Origin: a virus
Lineage: Duplodnaviria; Heunggongvirae; Uroviricota; Caudoviricetes
Virus record (IMG/VR): IMGVR_UViG_2913147268_000002
DNA: 48,006 nucleotides
Direction: 5' to 3' (one strand)
The notes under the pieces are model-generated. The model ran no database searches and was not told the origin of the DNA. It saw only the letters and a program-made list of their open reading frames with translations. This document shows positions 8,598-17,719 of the stretch, in pieces. Each line of letters begins with the position of its first letter. Positions within the stretch are counted from its first letter, which is position 1. Both the position numbers and the translations under genes were made by a program.

Positions 8598-10810
8598 GCT
8601 GTTTGCTCCTGTGCAGCGGTAAGGGCGGCGAGGCGTTCAGTTTTAATGTCGGTGATACGGCGCAGACGTGATCCCAGATACGATGAATATTCTTTATCGC
8701 CTTTGGTTTCCGCTGCTTTCCTGTGTACATCCACTTCGCGGGCGATGAGGCCAAATACCTTGTTTACTTCGTTGGCGGTTACCGCGGCGGCCAGCGTATT
8801 GGCAACGTTGATAAGCTTCTCATCCAGTTCCTTACGCAGACGGGTAGCATCTTCCGCATTCTCGCTGGCATTCTTGATATCAAACTCAGCTTTATTCCTC
8901 TGGCGGTATTCCGGATTGTCGTACAGGCCCATGAAAATATCGGCGCTGAATCCGAGAGGGGATAGCGCTTTCTTAACAGCATCCGTCCAGGATTTCTTCG
9001 GTGCTTCGCCGTCGCTTGTTGGTCCGTATTTAGTGTCGTAGATATAAGGTGTGCATCCGTAAGCCTCGGACTCACCGCGTACCCCATTCAATATGTACCA
9101 GACTCTCACTTTCATGGTGTGGTGCATTTCACATAGGTACCCGCCAACACCGTCTTGAATCAGATCCCATTCTATTTTTTCACCAACCTGTTTTTTGCGA
9201 ACTATTGGTGCGCCTTTATCAAAGCGCTCCTCCAGCACCTCTACCCCCCAGCCAATACCAAATGGCCCAAATTCGCGAGTCGCTTTCATCGCTATATAAG
9301 TGCCGTTGATGGATGTGCCGCCGCCATTCTGAGAGAAAGCACTGGTGAAGCGCTCATCGGTTTTGAATACGTTCTTCCACAATGCCAGGTTATCCGTGTC
9401 ATCTGAGTCCTTTAACTCCGTTTCGATAGCTGAGATTGCATTCTGCCGCTTGTGCTCTTCGGCATGGATCCGCTCAACCAGCGCGTCAACGTTCTGCACC
9501 AGATCCTTTACCTGCTCGCTAAGTTGTTCTTGTGGAGGAGTCTCTTCTGCCAGGGTAATAGCTGCAGGTTCCCTCTGTGATACGGCGTTATTTTCAGGTA
9601 CGTCATACACATGGCGAGGCGTGACAAACTGCTCACGCAACTGCTGCAAACTACGTTCTCCAGCATTTGCAGCTTCGCTTTTTTCGCCCTGATTTGAGGG
9701 TGTTTCTGACATCATCCCATCAATTGAGAATCGTCCGCCGCCGTGGTTGGTGACTTTTACATCATCCTTGGGTGCTGCTTCCTTTGGCTTCTCTTCAACA
9801 GCATTTGCATCACGCTGCCCGTTAGCTTGCAGCCAGTTGTCGATGTGACTGCGCAGGGATTGTGGGAAGTGGTACGTGTCTTTTGCGGGGGCGCTCTGAA
9901 TAACACCGAATACTGATGCGCGGTCATAGGCAAGGATCTGATCCGTTGTGCGCAAGGCCATTGACCAGCGTTTAAAATCTTCCCTGTCCTGACTGATTAT
10001 TTCGTCTGCCGCTTTCAGGATGCTGGGGGTGATTTTTTCCGGGGCAACAGGTAACAGGGCGCAGGCAATTTCACGATCCAGAGTGGCGTGAGTCTGTTTG
10101 TAAGGACGTGCGGATGCTGTTTCTGGTTTTACCTCCGGCAGCATTTCATCTCGTTTACCGGGATTCTCTACCCATTTTTTTATAAATTTGGAGATAGTCC
10201 AACTGGTCGGGTTTTGTTCCTGGGTATCGCAACTTGCCAAAATTGCATGTACCAGATTATTCAATCCAGCAATATGCATGTACTCGATGGGCTTACACGC
10301 CACCATGGCATCAAGAACGATGCGGTTAAACGCGTCAACCTCATCCTCACTGTCAGTATCACTGTTATCGAGCATCTCCAGGTATTCACGCGTCTGCACA
10401 AGCAATTCACTGTCGACTTCGTTGGCGTCGTGGCTGAACAGCAGAACGGCGGCGAATCGTTCACGAGCCGGCAGTTTCATCAGGTCGCTAACCTGTGAGA
10501 TATCTGCTGAACTGCAATCTGAATCAACAGGAGTGTTAACTACCCATTTTTCGCCATCAAAACTGTGTTCTGTGGCAAACGTCTCATCAAACTCACCGAC
10601 GCCTGGGCGCGGTTGGCCCGGGGCATCTTCCCAGATTTTAGGTTTGAAATAGTTGTCGCCGTGGTCAGGGTAGGCTTCCCACAATTTGCCGATGATGATG
10701 TTCTCGGCAACTTTTTTGTTAGGGGCGGCGATGGCGATGGCCAGCGCCGGGATCGCGCCGTTTTTGAGCGCGCCTTTTTTCGCTTCTAACAAGCCGTTAA
10801 AAATGGTCAT
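8594..10810 (-). CDS. Large recombination protein with C-terminal Rad52/Sak-like single-strand annealing domain
   Basis: C-terminal 160 aa (TYIAMKATREFGPFGIGWGVEV ... KKSWTDAVKKALSPLGFSADIFMGLYD) resemble the Rad52/Sak signature. N-terminal 500 aa unrecognised, with an acidic low-complexity stretch. RBS GAGGAAAGACC precedes the ATG. Confidence 0.6.
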   Translation of the reverse strand: MTIFNGLLEAKKGALKNGAIPALAIAIAAPNKKVAENIIIGKLWEAYPDHGDNYFKPKIWEDAPGQPRPGVGEFDETFATEHSFDGEKWVVNTPVDSDCSSADISQVSDLMKLPARERFAAVLLFSHDANEVDSELLVQTREYLEMLDNSDTDSEDEVDAFNRIVLDAMVACKPIEYMHIAGLNNLVHAILASCDTQEQNPTSWTISKFIKKWVENPGKRDEMLPEVKPETASARPYKQTHATLDREIACALLPVAPEKITPSILKAADEIISQDREDFKRWSMALRTTDQILAYDRASVFGVIQSAPAKDTYHFPQSLRSHIDNWLQANGQRDANAVEEKPKEAAPKDDVKVTNHGGGRFSIDGMMSETPSNQGEKSEAANAGERSLQQLREQFVTPRHVYDVPENNAVSQREPAAITLAEETPPQEQLSEQVKDLVQNVDALVERIHAEEHKRQNAISAIETELKDSDDTDNLALWKNVFKTDERFTSAFSQNGGGTSINGTYIAMKATREFGPFGIGWGVEVLEERFDKGAPIVRKKQVGEKIEWDLIQDGVGGYLCEMHHTMKVRVWYILNGVRGESEAYGCTPYIYDTKYGPTSDGEAPKKSWTDAVKKALSPLGFSADIFMGLYDNPEYRQRNKAEFDIKNASENAEDATRLRKELDEKLINVANTLAAAVTANEVNKVFGLIAREVDVHRKAAETKGDKEYSSYLGSRLRRITDIKTERLAALTAAQEQTA

Positions 10811-10840
10811 TGGTCTTTCCTCATTACAGGTCAGTGGTTT

Positions 10841-11161
10841 TTAGTAGGGGAGCTCATCGGTATCTGGCGTGTATTCGATGCAAAGTAACTGCTGGATTTT
10901 GTCATCGATAGCAGCAATACGCTGTTGGGCGTCGGCGACTGTTTTCTGTTTTTGTTCACGCAGTTGCTCGACCTGTAAACCGATGATGTCGATTGGCTCG
11001 GGCTGGTTAACGGTAATTTCAATTTCGCGGCTTTCCAGAAGGATGTACCTGTCTGGAAAATTTTTTGACATATCAACAGTCGCAACAAGCAGCTTTTCGT
11101 GGCTGAAAGTTGAAGTTGCATAATGAATAAAGAGTGTTACTGGGATGGTGCGCGCTTCCAT
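10841..11161 (-). CDS. Hypothetical protein (106 aa), first gene of the leftward operon
   Basis: Strong RBS AAGGAG 7 nt before the ATG. Confidence 0.5.
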   Translation of the reverse strand: MEARTIPVTLFIHYATSTFSHEKLLVATVDMSKNFPDRYILLESREIEITVNQPEPIDIIGLQVEQLREQKQKTVADAQQRIAAIDDKIQQLLCIEYTPDTDELPY

Positions 11162-11600
11162 AGCGACTCCTTGGTAATGTATACTCAGAGCCGATCAGCG
11201 AATATTGATCAGCTTCCATAGCGTCAGTGTCGTTGGTCTTTCCTCATCACAAGTTTGGTCACTTGTGATAAATCCGAATGGTTTGGTCGCCGTTCGGGGT
11301 AACTGGCCCGCCTTGTGCGGGTCTTTTGCTATCTAAAGGGTGCCGGTTACGTTTCCGGCGTCGTTATGTTTCCATTACGACCGTACAGGGCTGGTCAGGC
11401 CCGGGCTGGTCTTTCCTGTTTTGAGCTGGTCAGGCTCATGGTCAACGCTGGTCAGGCGTGGTACTTCCTCCGGTCTTTCCCTGGTGTCACGCTGCGGGTT
11501 TGGCCTCTCCTGTTGGGGACTCAGGCACAGCGATAAAACCTGGCTGTGTGAAAAAATGGCCCATCGTGCGGACTGGGCAAAGACTAAACACAGCAAATTG

Positions 11601-11690
11601 ATGATGGGCGCCCGGAATCGAACCGGGTAACGGGCAGGGAGTTCCCGTTAAACACCTGTTCACCACAACCGGGAGCGCACTCCGCCATTT
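11601..11690 (-). other. tRNA-like fragment (T-arm CCCGG-TTCGATT-CCGGG) inside a structured non-coding leader
   Basis: Minus strand reads ...CCCGGTTCGATTCCGGGCGCCCATCA. A canonical 7-nt T-loop with a perfect 5-bp stem, but no acceptor stem can be paired with the 5' side. Confidence 0.3.
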
Positions 11691-12029
11691 CAAAATTTAA
11701 CGACAAAGCTCAAAGTTGAGTCGATGAAGTGCGCTCTCGTGTTGTAGCCAGGACTCTTCCCTGGTGGTCACACCGTATCGCCTTGATGGTGAATCAATCG
11801 CTCATACCTGGCTGTGGCTTGCACATTCCGGCTACCTGCTATGGAGACAACGCGTTAAGGCTCCGCTTCCATCCAGACCGCTTCGACACATGTGCCATAT
11901 GCCGGTGAAGTCTTTCCCTCTGTCACCGTGTTGGCGCCGACGCGCAAAATTTGGTGCCGTCTTTCCGGCTGTCAGAACGTGTTTCTGAACAACTGCCGCT
12001 GGGTAAGCGTTGTTGATGAAAGTGACTTT

Positions 12030-12080
12030 ACAATTTGTATTTGTAATGGTCAATGTGTTTTTAAAAAATAATTTGTAGTG
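12030..12080 (-). promoter_or_regulatory. Candidate OL/PL operator-promoter region
   Basis: ATTTGTA-type half-sites (atttgtatttgtaatgg, aatttgtagtg) just beyond the repressor 3' end, matching those in the cI-cro intergenic region. Confidence 0.35.
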
Positions 12081-12171
12081 AGGGGCAAAAAAATATTCAC
12101 TGTGTAAAGGTGTTTTTGTGTTAGGGGAAAGTTGCATGCCAGCAGCGGCTGGCCTGGAAATTTGAACTGAA

Positions 12172-12585
12172 CTATTTTGTCTGGTTTTTGGCTTCAAGTA
12201 GTTCTTTTAGCAGTAGATCGAAGTGCTCTCTTTTTTCTTTTAGCTCATTGATTAATTTATTTTTTTCGCTCTCAGGCAGTCCTCTGAATAGTTGCAGTAG
12301 AGCCTGTTCTTGCGGGGTTAGTTCTTGATTGTAATTACCCGGGTGTAGTGTGGATTCATCCAAATATTCCCCTTCATTCATGAAGAAAAAATGAACAGGG
12401 TATCCGGTCACTTTTGCTAGCTTGTCTAATTTATCTTTTCTTGGAGTTACCCCATTACACCATGCCTGAACTGATTGAGCCGTAACCCCAATATGGCGAG
12501 CTAACTCAGATTGAGACCAGCCTAAGTCTTTTAGAATCCGTTGTAGTCGGCTAGCAAAAGCCATGTTTTTCGTTTTTGTGTTCAT
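12172..12585 (-). CDS. Phage repressor, HTH XRE family (RacR/cI-like), no S24 peptidase domain
   Basis: HTH at LGWSQSELARHIGVTAQSVQAW; short helical C-terminus without a Ser-Lys autocleavage domain; divergent from a Cro-like gene. Confidence 0.8.
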   Translation of the reverse strand: MNTKTKNMAFASRLQRILKDLGWSQSELARHIGVTAQSVQAWCNGVTPRKDKLDKLAKVTGYPVHFFFMNEGEYLDESTLHPGNYNQELTPQEQALLQLFRGLPESEKNKLINELKEKREHFDLLLKELLEAKNQTK

Positions 12586-12619
12586 ACCGTAAGGATACAA
12601 GGTTTAATTGTAGGGAGCA

Positions 12620-12662
12620 TTGCAAATATAATTTGTAATTACAGTTATTGTTTGTAATGATG
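12620..12662. promoter_or_regulatory. Candidate OR operators / divergent promoters
   Basis: Perfect 10-bp palindrome TGTAATTACA at 12634-12643 plus further TTTGTAAT repeats between the divergent repressor and cro-like genes. Confidence 0.45.
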
Positions 12663-12683
12663 ACGCGGACACAAGGAGTCCAT

Positions 12684-12914
12684 ATGGATAAACAACTGCA
12701 AGACAAAATTCTTTCCGTAATGAGTCAATCCGAGTTAGGGCGGCGATTAGGGAAAAAACCACAAACGGTAAGCCTCTGGTTCAAAGGACGGGTTCCCGGT
12801 GAAGAGGTTTTGCGCACATCTGAAGCTCTTGAATGGCGCGTGACCCCTCATGATCTTAGACCGGATCTTTACCCAAACCCAGATGACAGCTTGCCTAAAA
12901 CGGAAGCAGCTTAA
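12684..12914 (+). CDS. Cro-like HTH regulator (YdaS-like)
   Basis: Start at ATG 12684 preceded by AAGGAG; HTH-like LGRRLGKKPQTVSLWFKG; position divergent from the repressor. Confidence 0.7.
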   Translation: MDKQLQDKILSVMSQSELGRRLGKKPQTVSLWFKGRVPGEEVLRTSEALEWRVTPHDLRPDLYPNPDDSLPKTEAA

Positions 12915-12972
12915 CTGTTGGTGAGCCCCAAATCTGATTAAGCGTAATCAATTTTTAGCGACAGGAGACGCT

Positions 12973-13449
12973 ATGGAAAACCAAGAGGAATTACAAAAAG
13001 AGATTTTGACCTGGGCGGCAAGGGCAGGGCAGGAACTCGTCACGATTGAAATCTGCCGGGCCTGGTTCAGTCAGGGACGCAATGATGAGTTGAGACTACA
13101 TGAATTTGAGGACGCGGACGGCAACGTGGACTGGAGAGCCATCAACAACAATCGGCAGAAAATCTTTCGCTGGTTACGTGGCGAGACAACGGCGGCGCGC
13201 CGAAAAACTCAGGTGCTGGCCAGTGTGATGAAAGCCGTGCTACCCGCAGAACGGCGGGCACGTCTGGAGTCGCCGGGCGATCCCGTTTTGCTGGCAACGC
13301 TGGCGGCAAAAGAAGGGGTGGAAGCGATTAACGCTGTACATCTCCACTTCGCGCCAGAGTTAACTATTCAGGAAATTGACGAAGCAATAGCGGCGCTGGT
13401 AGCGACGCGAGGAGCAGTGATACGCACTGCGCAAGACCACCATGCATGA
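12973..13449 (+). CDS. YdaT-like / CII-like regulatory protein (putative)
   Basis: 158 aa directly after the cro-like gene, as in Rac-type immunity regions; assignment by position and size. Confidence 0.5.
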   Translation: MENQEELQKEILTWAARAGQELVTIEICRAWFSQGRNDELRLHEFEDADGNVDWRAINNNRQKIFRWLRGETTAARRKTQVLASVMKAVLPAERRARLESPGDPVLLATLAAKEGVEAINAVHLHFAPELTIQEIDEAIAALVATRGAVIRTAQDHHA

Positions 13450-13488
13450 GCGCCTGACCAGCGTTTAACTTATACCGAGGAAAGACCG

Positions 13489-13713
13489 ATGTTAAGACAT
13501 ATTGACCGCATTACCTGGCGTAACGGCTGGCACCTGAATGGACGCCCGGCACATGTTGCAGAGATCCGCCCCATATTCGATGGCCGCGTCGCAGCTGCAC
13601 GTTCTGTATGGGAAAAGTACGAAGAAGAAAAAGCGAAACTGCGTGAGCAAAATCTCTCTGGCGCTGCCTATGAGGCTGGCTGTCGCGTTCTCTCAGAGGC
13701 TTTGGGCATATGA
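13489..13713 (+). CDS. Hypothetical protein (74 aa)
   Basis: Preceded by the conserved element cgcctgaccagcg...ccgaggaaagaccgATG. Confidence 0.4.
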   Translation: MLRHIDRITWRNGWHLNGRPAHVAEIRPIFDGRVAAARSVWEKYEEEKAKLREQNLSGAAYEAGCRVLSEALGI

Positions 13714-14465
13714 ACATCCTCCCGTTACTTGATAGACCCATAGCCTTCCAGAGAAGTTTTATCCGTCTTGAAATGGGCGTGACTGCCGCATTGTTTCTGT
13801 CGCAGTTGACGTACTGGACAAACAGAACAACTGACGACGGCTGGGTATATAAAACCCAGGATGAGTGGGAAGAGGAAACAGGGCTTTCACGATACGAGCA
13901 GGAGGGCGCGCGCAAAAAACTACGTGGTCTCGGCGTCTTGCTGGAACGTAAACAGGGCTTGCCTGCCAGGCTGTACTACAAAATCGATAATGATGTGTTG
14001 TGCCAGCTACTTACGTCCGCATACAAGGATGCGGAAAAACCACATACAGGTGAGGGGAAAACCACCAGGCCTGTACGTGGAAAACCAACAAACATTCTTA
14101 CAGAGAATACTACAGAGATTATTACTGATGGTGAATCGGCTGACGCCGACACCCAACAACCTGCCGACCAGAGAATAAATTATCAGGTGATACTCGATAC
14201 CTATCACGAGATTTTGCCAGAGATGCCACCAGTGAAAATCCTCACTGACGGCAGAAAAAAACACCTTCGCACTTTCTGGAAAAAATTCAATTTCAATGAG
14301 TCCCGTTGGCGGGCCTATCTGGAATTTATCGGTGGCAATTGTCGCTGGATGCTGGAGGACAGGCCAAATGGCAGGGGAGGATTCTGGCGGCGTAAAAATC
14401 TTGATTATCTGATTACCGAACGCTGCTATGTTTCGGTCAAGGAAGAACGCGCAAATGATAAATAA
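13710..14465 (+). CDS. Replication initiation protein / replisome organiser (O-like)
   Basis: 251 aa immediately upstream of and overlapping (ATGA) the DnaB-like helicase; N-terminal region resembles phage replisome-organiser domains. Confidence 0.6.
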   Translation: MNILPLLDRPIAFQRSFIRLEMGVTAALFLSQLTYWTNRTTDDGWVYKTQDEWEEETGLSRYEQEGARKKLRGLGVLLERKQGLPARLYYKIDNDVLCQLLTSAYKDAEKPHTGEGKTTRPVRGKPTNILTENTTEIITDGESADADTQQPADQRINYQVILDTYHEILPEMPPVKILTDGRKKHLRTFWKKFNFNESRWRAYLEFIGGNCRWMLEDRPNGRGGFWRRKNLDYLITERCYVSVKEERANDK

Positions 14466-15870
14466 CGCGATTGCACTGTACAGCGTTGACGCAGAACAGG
14501 CTGTTCTGGGCTGTCTGATGCTGAATACCGACCACGACAGAACCAATGCGGTATTTGCGTTACTGAAACCGGAAACGTTTTATATCAATGCGCATCAGGT
14601 TATCTACCGGGAGATCAAAGGATTATTTCAAGCTGATAAACCAACTGACCTGATAACACTGACCGAACTGATGGAATCGAAGGGGCTGTATGAGCGCGTG
14701 GGGGGATTCGCATACCTGGCTGAAATGAGTAAGGCGGCGATTCCGGCCTCAATGGTCAACTACGCGAAAATTGTACGTGAAAAAGCCATTCTTCGTTATG
14801 CCGTGGAAAAGTTGAATTCTTGTCTGGAGATTATGATCCAGCCTGCAGATATGACTGCTACTGACAGGATCACCGCCGTTCAGCAAGTGATTGGGCAGGT
14901 GGCCGAACATTCCCGTACCGGGCATAAGGGCGGTTTGCGTCCGGCAAGTGAAGTCGTCGATGACTGGATAGATGACCTTGAGCGCCGTTTCAATGATCCA
15001 GCACATGCAGCCGGACTAACGCTCGGAATCGAAAGCCTTGATCGCTTAATGGCACCAAAGCAGGCGTTAAGAGGTTCATTGGTCGTTATTGGTGCCCGGC
15101 CAAAAATGGGCAAGACAGCCGCGTTTAATAAAATTGCGGTGCATTTTGCTCTGAATCATCGTTTGCCGACGCTGGTATTTAGCCTGGAAATGACTGACAG
15201 AAGTCTCATTGAACGCATGGTTGCGCAGGAAGCAAAGGTCAATTCGGAGATTTTTTATCTTGGCCCTAACGATGAATCTGAATTGAGTCTCGCAATAGCA
15301 AAGGCGGGGGAGATTGCCGAATCCAACATGATGATTGACAGCACGGCAGGTGTAACCCTTGCGCATATTGTCGCTGAATGTCGAAAAGTTAAACGGATGC
15401 GTGGCTCGGTTGGCCTGGTGGCAATTGACTATTTGACGCTGATGAAGACCGAATCGGCAGAGCGTAGGGATATTGCGTATGGCGATATCACAACCGGTTT
15501 GAAGAACCTGGCAAAAGAGCTGGATTGTGTTGTGGTCCTGCTGACGCAACTCAACCGAAAGCTTGAAGAACGTGCCGATAAGCGGCCTAACCCGAGCGAC
15601 AGTAAAGATACCGGGCAGATCGAACAAGATTGCGATGTCTGGATTGGCCTCTATCGTGATGCTGTTTATAACGAAAATGCCGACCCAAATCTCATGGAAA
15701 TGTTGCTACGTCTGAACCGCGAAGGACCATCGGGAACAGCCTATGCCCTGATGAAAAATGGCTCAGTTATTGATATCAGCGATGAGGAGGTTTATCGCCT
15801 TACCAACGACCGCTCAGAAAAAAATAAACGTTATTCCCGTAGCGATAATTCTCGCACAAATGAATTTTAA
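14455..15870 (+). CDS. Replicative DNA helicase, DnaB family
   Basis: Walker A GARPKMGKTA; DnaB-like N-terminal domain (AEQAVLGCLML) and C-terminal RecA-like fold. Confidence 0.9.
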   Translation: MINNAIALYSVDAEQAVLGCLMLNTDHDRTNAVFALLKPETFYINAHQVIYREIKGLFQADKPTDLITLTELMESKGLYERVGGFAYLAEMSKAAIPASMVNYAKIVREKAILRYAVEKLNSCLEIMIQPADMTATDRITAVQQVIGQVAEHSRTGHKGGLRPASEVVDDWIDDLERRFNDPAHAAGLTLGIESLDRLMAPKQALRGSLVVIGARPKMGKTAAFNKIAVHFALNHRLPTLVFSLEMTDRSLIERMVAQEAKVNSEIFYLGPNDESELSLAIAKAGEIAESNMMIDSTAGVTLAHIVAECRKVKRMRGSVGLVAIDYLTLMKTESAERRDIAYGDITTGLKNLAKELDCVVVLLTQLNRKLEERADKRPNPSDSKDTGQIEQDCDVWIGLYRDAVYNENADPNLMEMLLRLNREGPSGTAYALMKNGSVIDISDEEVYRLTNDRSEKNKRYSRSDNSRTNEF

Positions 15871-15908
15871 CCACGCCTGACCAGCGTGAAATAACCGAGG
15901 AAAGACCA

Positions 15909-16319
15909 ATGACCACCACTCCAGGCAAATTAGAGTACCCGTCGGACAAAGGACACATAGACGACGGTAAAAACTATCTCGACGTCATTTTGTGGAATAT
16001 GAACGTCGGGCCACGTGCGCGCACTCGCGCGGTTTTTGTGCCAAGACCTAAAGCAGGCAATTTTTCAACCCCTGCTAAGCCTGCCCGTCAGGCATCCGTA
16101 GCCGCAGCGCCAGCAGTGAAACGTAAGGGCAAAACGCACACCGGGATCGCGATTCGCAGAAATGGTGAGCGGCAAGTGAAACTCCACGAAACAGCGACAA
16201 CCTGGTGTGCCTCACCGCATGAAACTTACGACAAGATAACCGGGCAGCGCATTGGCGCGCCTGGTCGCTGCCGCCTGCTGCTGAGTTCCATCACTCCGAT
16301 AGCAAAGAAAGGGGCGTGA
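15909..16319 (+). CDS. Hypothetical protein (136 aa)
   Basis: Preceded by the same conserved element (cgcctgaccagcg...ccgaggaaagaccaATG); composition Arg/Pro-rich, so uncertain. Confidence 0.35.
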   Translation: MTTTPGKLEYPSDKGHIDDGKNYLDVILWNMNVGPRARTRAVFVPRPKAGNFSTPAKPARQASVAAAPAVKRKGKTHTGIAIRRNGERQVKLHETATTWCASPHETYDKITGQRIGAPGRCRLLLSSITPIAKKGA

Positions 16320-16320
16320 T

Positions 16321-16557
16321 ATGGCCGGGCAATCAGATTACCTGCCGCCCGGCTTACCACACAACCGCGCCAAATGGCCCCAGGAATACCAGCTTAAAGA
16401 GCACTACGACATGCGAGCGGCGGCGCTGATCCGCCAACTCTTTGAGAAACGTATTCCGAGGGGAAGCGTGATTGAGCAAATCGGAATGACGCCAGATACG
16501 TACCGGGAATTTTTCAGAGAGCGTCTGAACTACTGGAGAGGGGTGATGGAACAATGA
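16321..16557 (+). CDS. Hypothetical protein (78 aa), nin-like region
   Basis: Tightly packed with neighbours (overlapping stop/start). Confidence 0.4.
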   Translation: MAGQSDYLPPGLPHNRAKWPQEYQLKEHYDMRAAALIRQLFEKRIPRGSVIEQIGMTPDTYREFFRERLNYWRGVMEQ

Positions 16558-16865
16558 AATACAAACGGTGGGTGCGTGCGGAAGTCGTAATCATCAAACA
16601 ATGTGCGGGCAGCATGACAGTTGAACGTATAGGGCAGCTTATTGGCAGAACCGGTGCAGCGGTACGCACAAAAGCGCGCGAGCTGAAAATCTGTATGTAT
16701 CTGCGGGGTAATTATCACCAGTCAGTGAAATACCTCCAGGAAGATATCGAGCTGGCAAGGGAATTACATCAGTCGGGTATTAATCGCCAGGATATCGCAG
16801 AAAAACTCGAAATGCCGATCGGAGCGGTGAATCAGTTTGTTTATTTTGAGCGGAGAATTTCATGA
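16554..16865 (+). CDS. Hypothetical DNA-binding-like protein (103 aa)
   Basis: Two HTH-like stretches (ERIGQLIGRTGAAVRTKA; RQDIAEKLEMPIGAV). Confidence 0.4.
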   Translation: MKYKRWVRAEVVIIKQCAGSMTVERIGQLIGRTGAAVRTKARELKICMYLRGNYHQSVKYLQEDIELARELHQSGINRQDIAEKLEMPIGAVNQFVYFERRIS

Positions 16866-17086
16866 AAGAACTTTTTCTTGCATTTGTGCCCCGGTTTATT
16901 AATGACCAGATCGCACTGACTGATAATGGTGAACAATATGAAATTGCCTGCAGCATGGTGGATGTGAATCCTGGCGAACGGTATGACGCGATGTGTGACC
17001 TGAAAATATTTACCTGGCTGGGTTGGGCTATTCCGTGTGGAGAACCAACCAATATTCGTCCGTTTGAGAGCAGGGAGGCTGTATGA
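16862..17086 (+). CDS. Hypothetical protein (74 aa)
   Basis: ORF with ATGA overlap to the upstream gene. Confidence 0.4.
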   Translation: MKELFLAFVPRFINDQIALTDNGEQYEIACSMVDVNPGERYDAMCDLKIFTWLGWAIPCGEPTNIRPFESREAV

Positions 17087-17273
17087 GTGAATTGAAAATA
17101 CGTCGCAAGGCAATAGCACGCGTTAAAAATCTATTACCAGTGCCTGTCAAATATCGTTTTTGTGGTGGGAATGTACGGATTGGTACGGATGTATGGTGAT
17201 TGCGGAGTGACGTAAAACGAATCGTTGTGGGTGTAATATCGTCAATATCATTGGTTTCCCGGAGGGAAAGGAC

Positions 17274-17495
17274 ATGTTTGGCGATAAACTGGAGTTACCA
17301 CGGAACGGGCGGATAGTGCTCTATATTTCAGATTACAAAGTAACCCGGGCTGAGGTGTTGGAACCGGAAAAACATCTGGTCACGTTACCGGACATTATTG
17401 AGTTGTATAAGCGGGTCGGATATGTGGACTTGCATCGCGATGATGTTCCCGTTGAGTGTATGGAATGTGAACACCGGAGGTTTGAAGTTGATTGA
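17274..17495 (+). CDS. Hypothetical protein (73 aa)
   Basis: RBS GGAGGGAAAGG before the ATG. Confidence 0.4.
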   Translation: MFGDKLELPRNGRIVLYISDYKVTRAEVLEPEKHLVTLPDIIELYKRVGYVDLHRDDVPVECMECEHRRFEVD

Positions 17496-17719
17496 ATTGA
17501 CTTAGAAAAAGTCCGGGGCTATAGTTTCCGCGCAGCCGCAAAATCGGTTGCCGGGATTGGCGTCCCGGATATCTAAGTGACGCATAGCCGCGTTAGCGGT
17601 TTTTTTATGTGTTAGGCACGGCCACATTCGCATTATGGTGGGCTGTGTGGGGGCTTCTGTGGAAGCGCCGGGTTCACTTAGCCGGTTACGCCAACCCTGC
17701 ACAGCTCACCACCAGATGA

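Noticed and set aside
11391-11457. Three GCTGGTCAGG direct repeats considered as a CRISPR-like or iteron array
   Set aside because: Only 10 bp long, irregular spacing (34 and 23 bp), no spacer-repeat structure; treated as a regulatory or RNA motif, not CRISPR.
11601-11690. Complete tRNA gene
   Set aside because: Only the T-arm is canonical; no acceptor stem pairing and no recognisable D or anticodon arms, so it is reported as a tRNA-like fragment only.
11832-12197. 121-aa minus-strand ORF as a candidate N antiterminator
   Set aside because: Starts inside the repressor gene, overlaps the operator repeats, has no RBS and no arginine-rich motif; likely spurious.
15076-15627. 183-aa minus-strand ORF
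   Set aside because: Antisense to the well-supported DnaB helicase gene.
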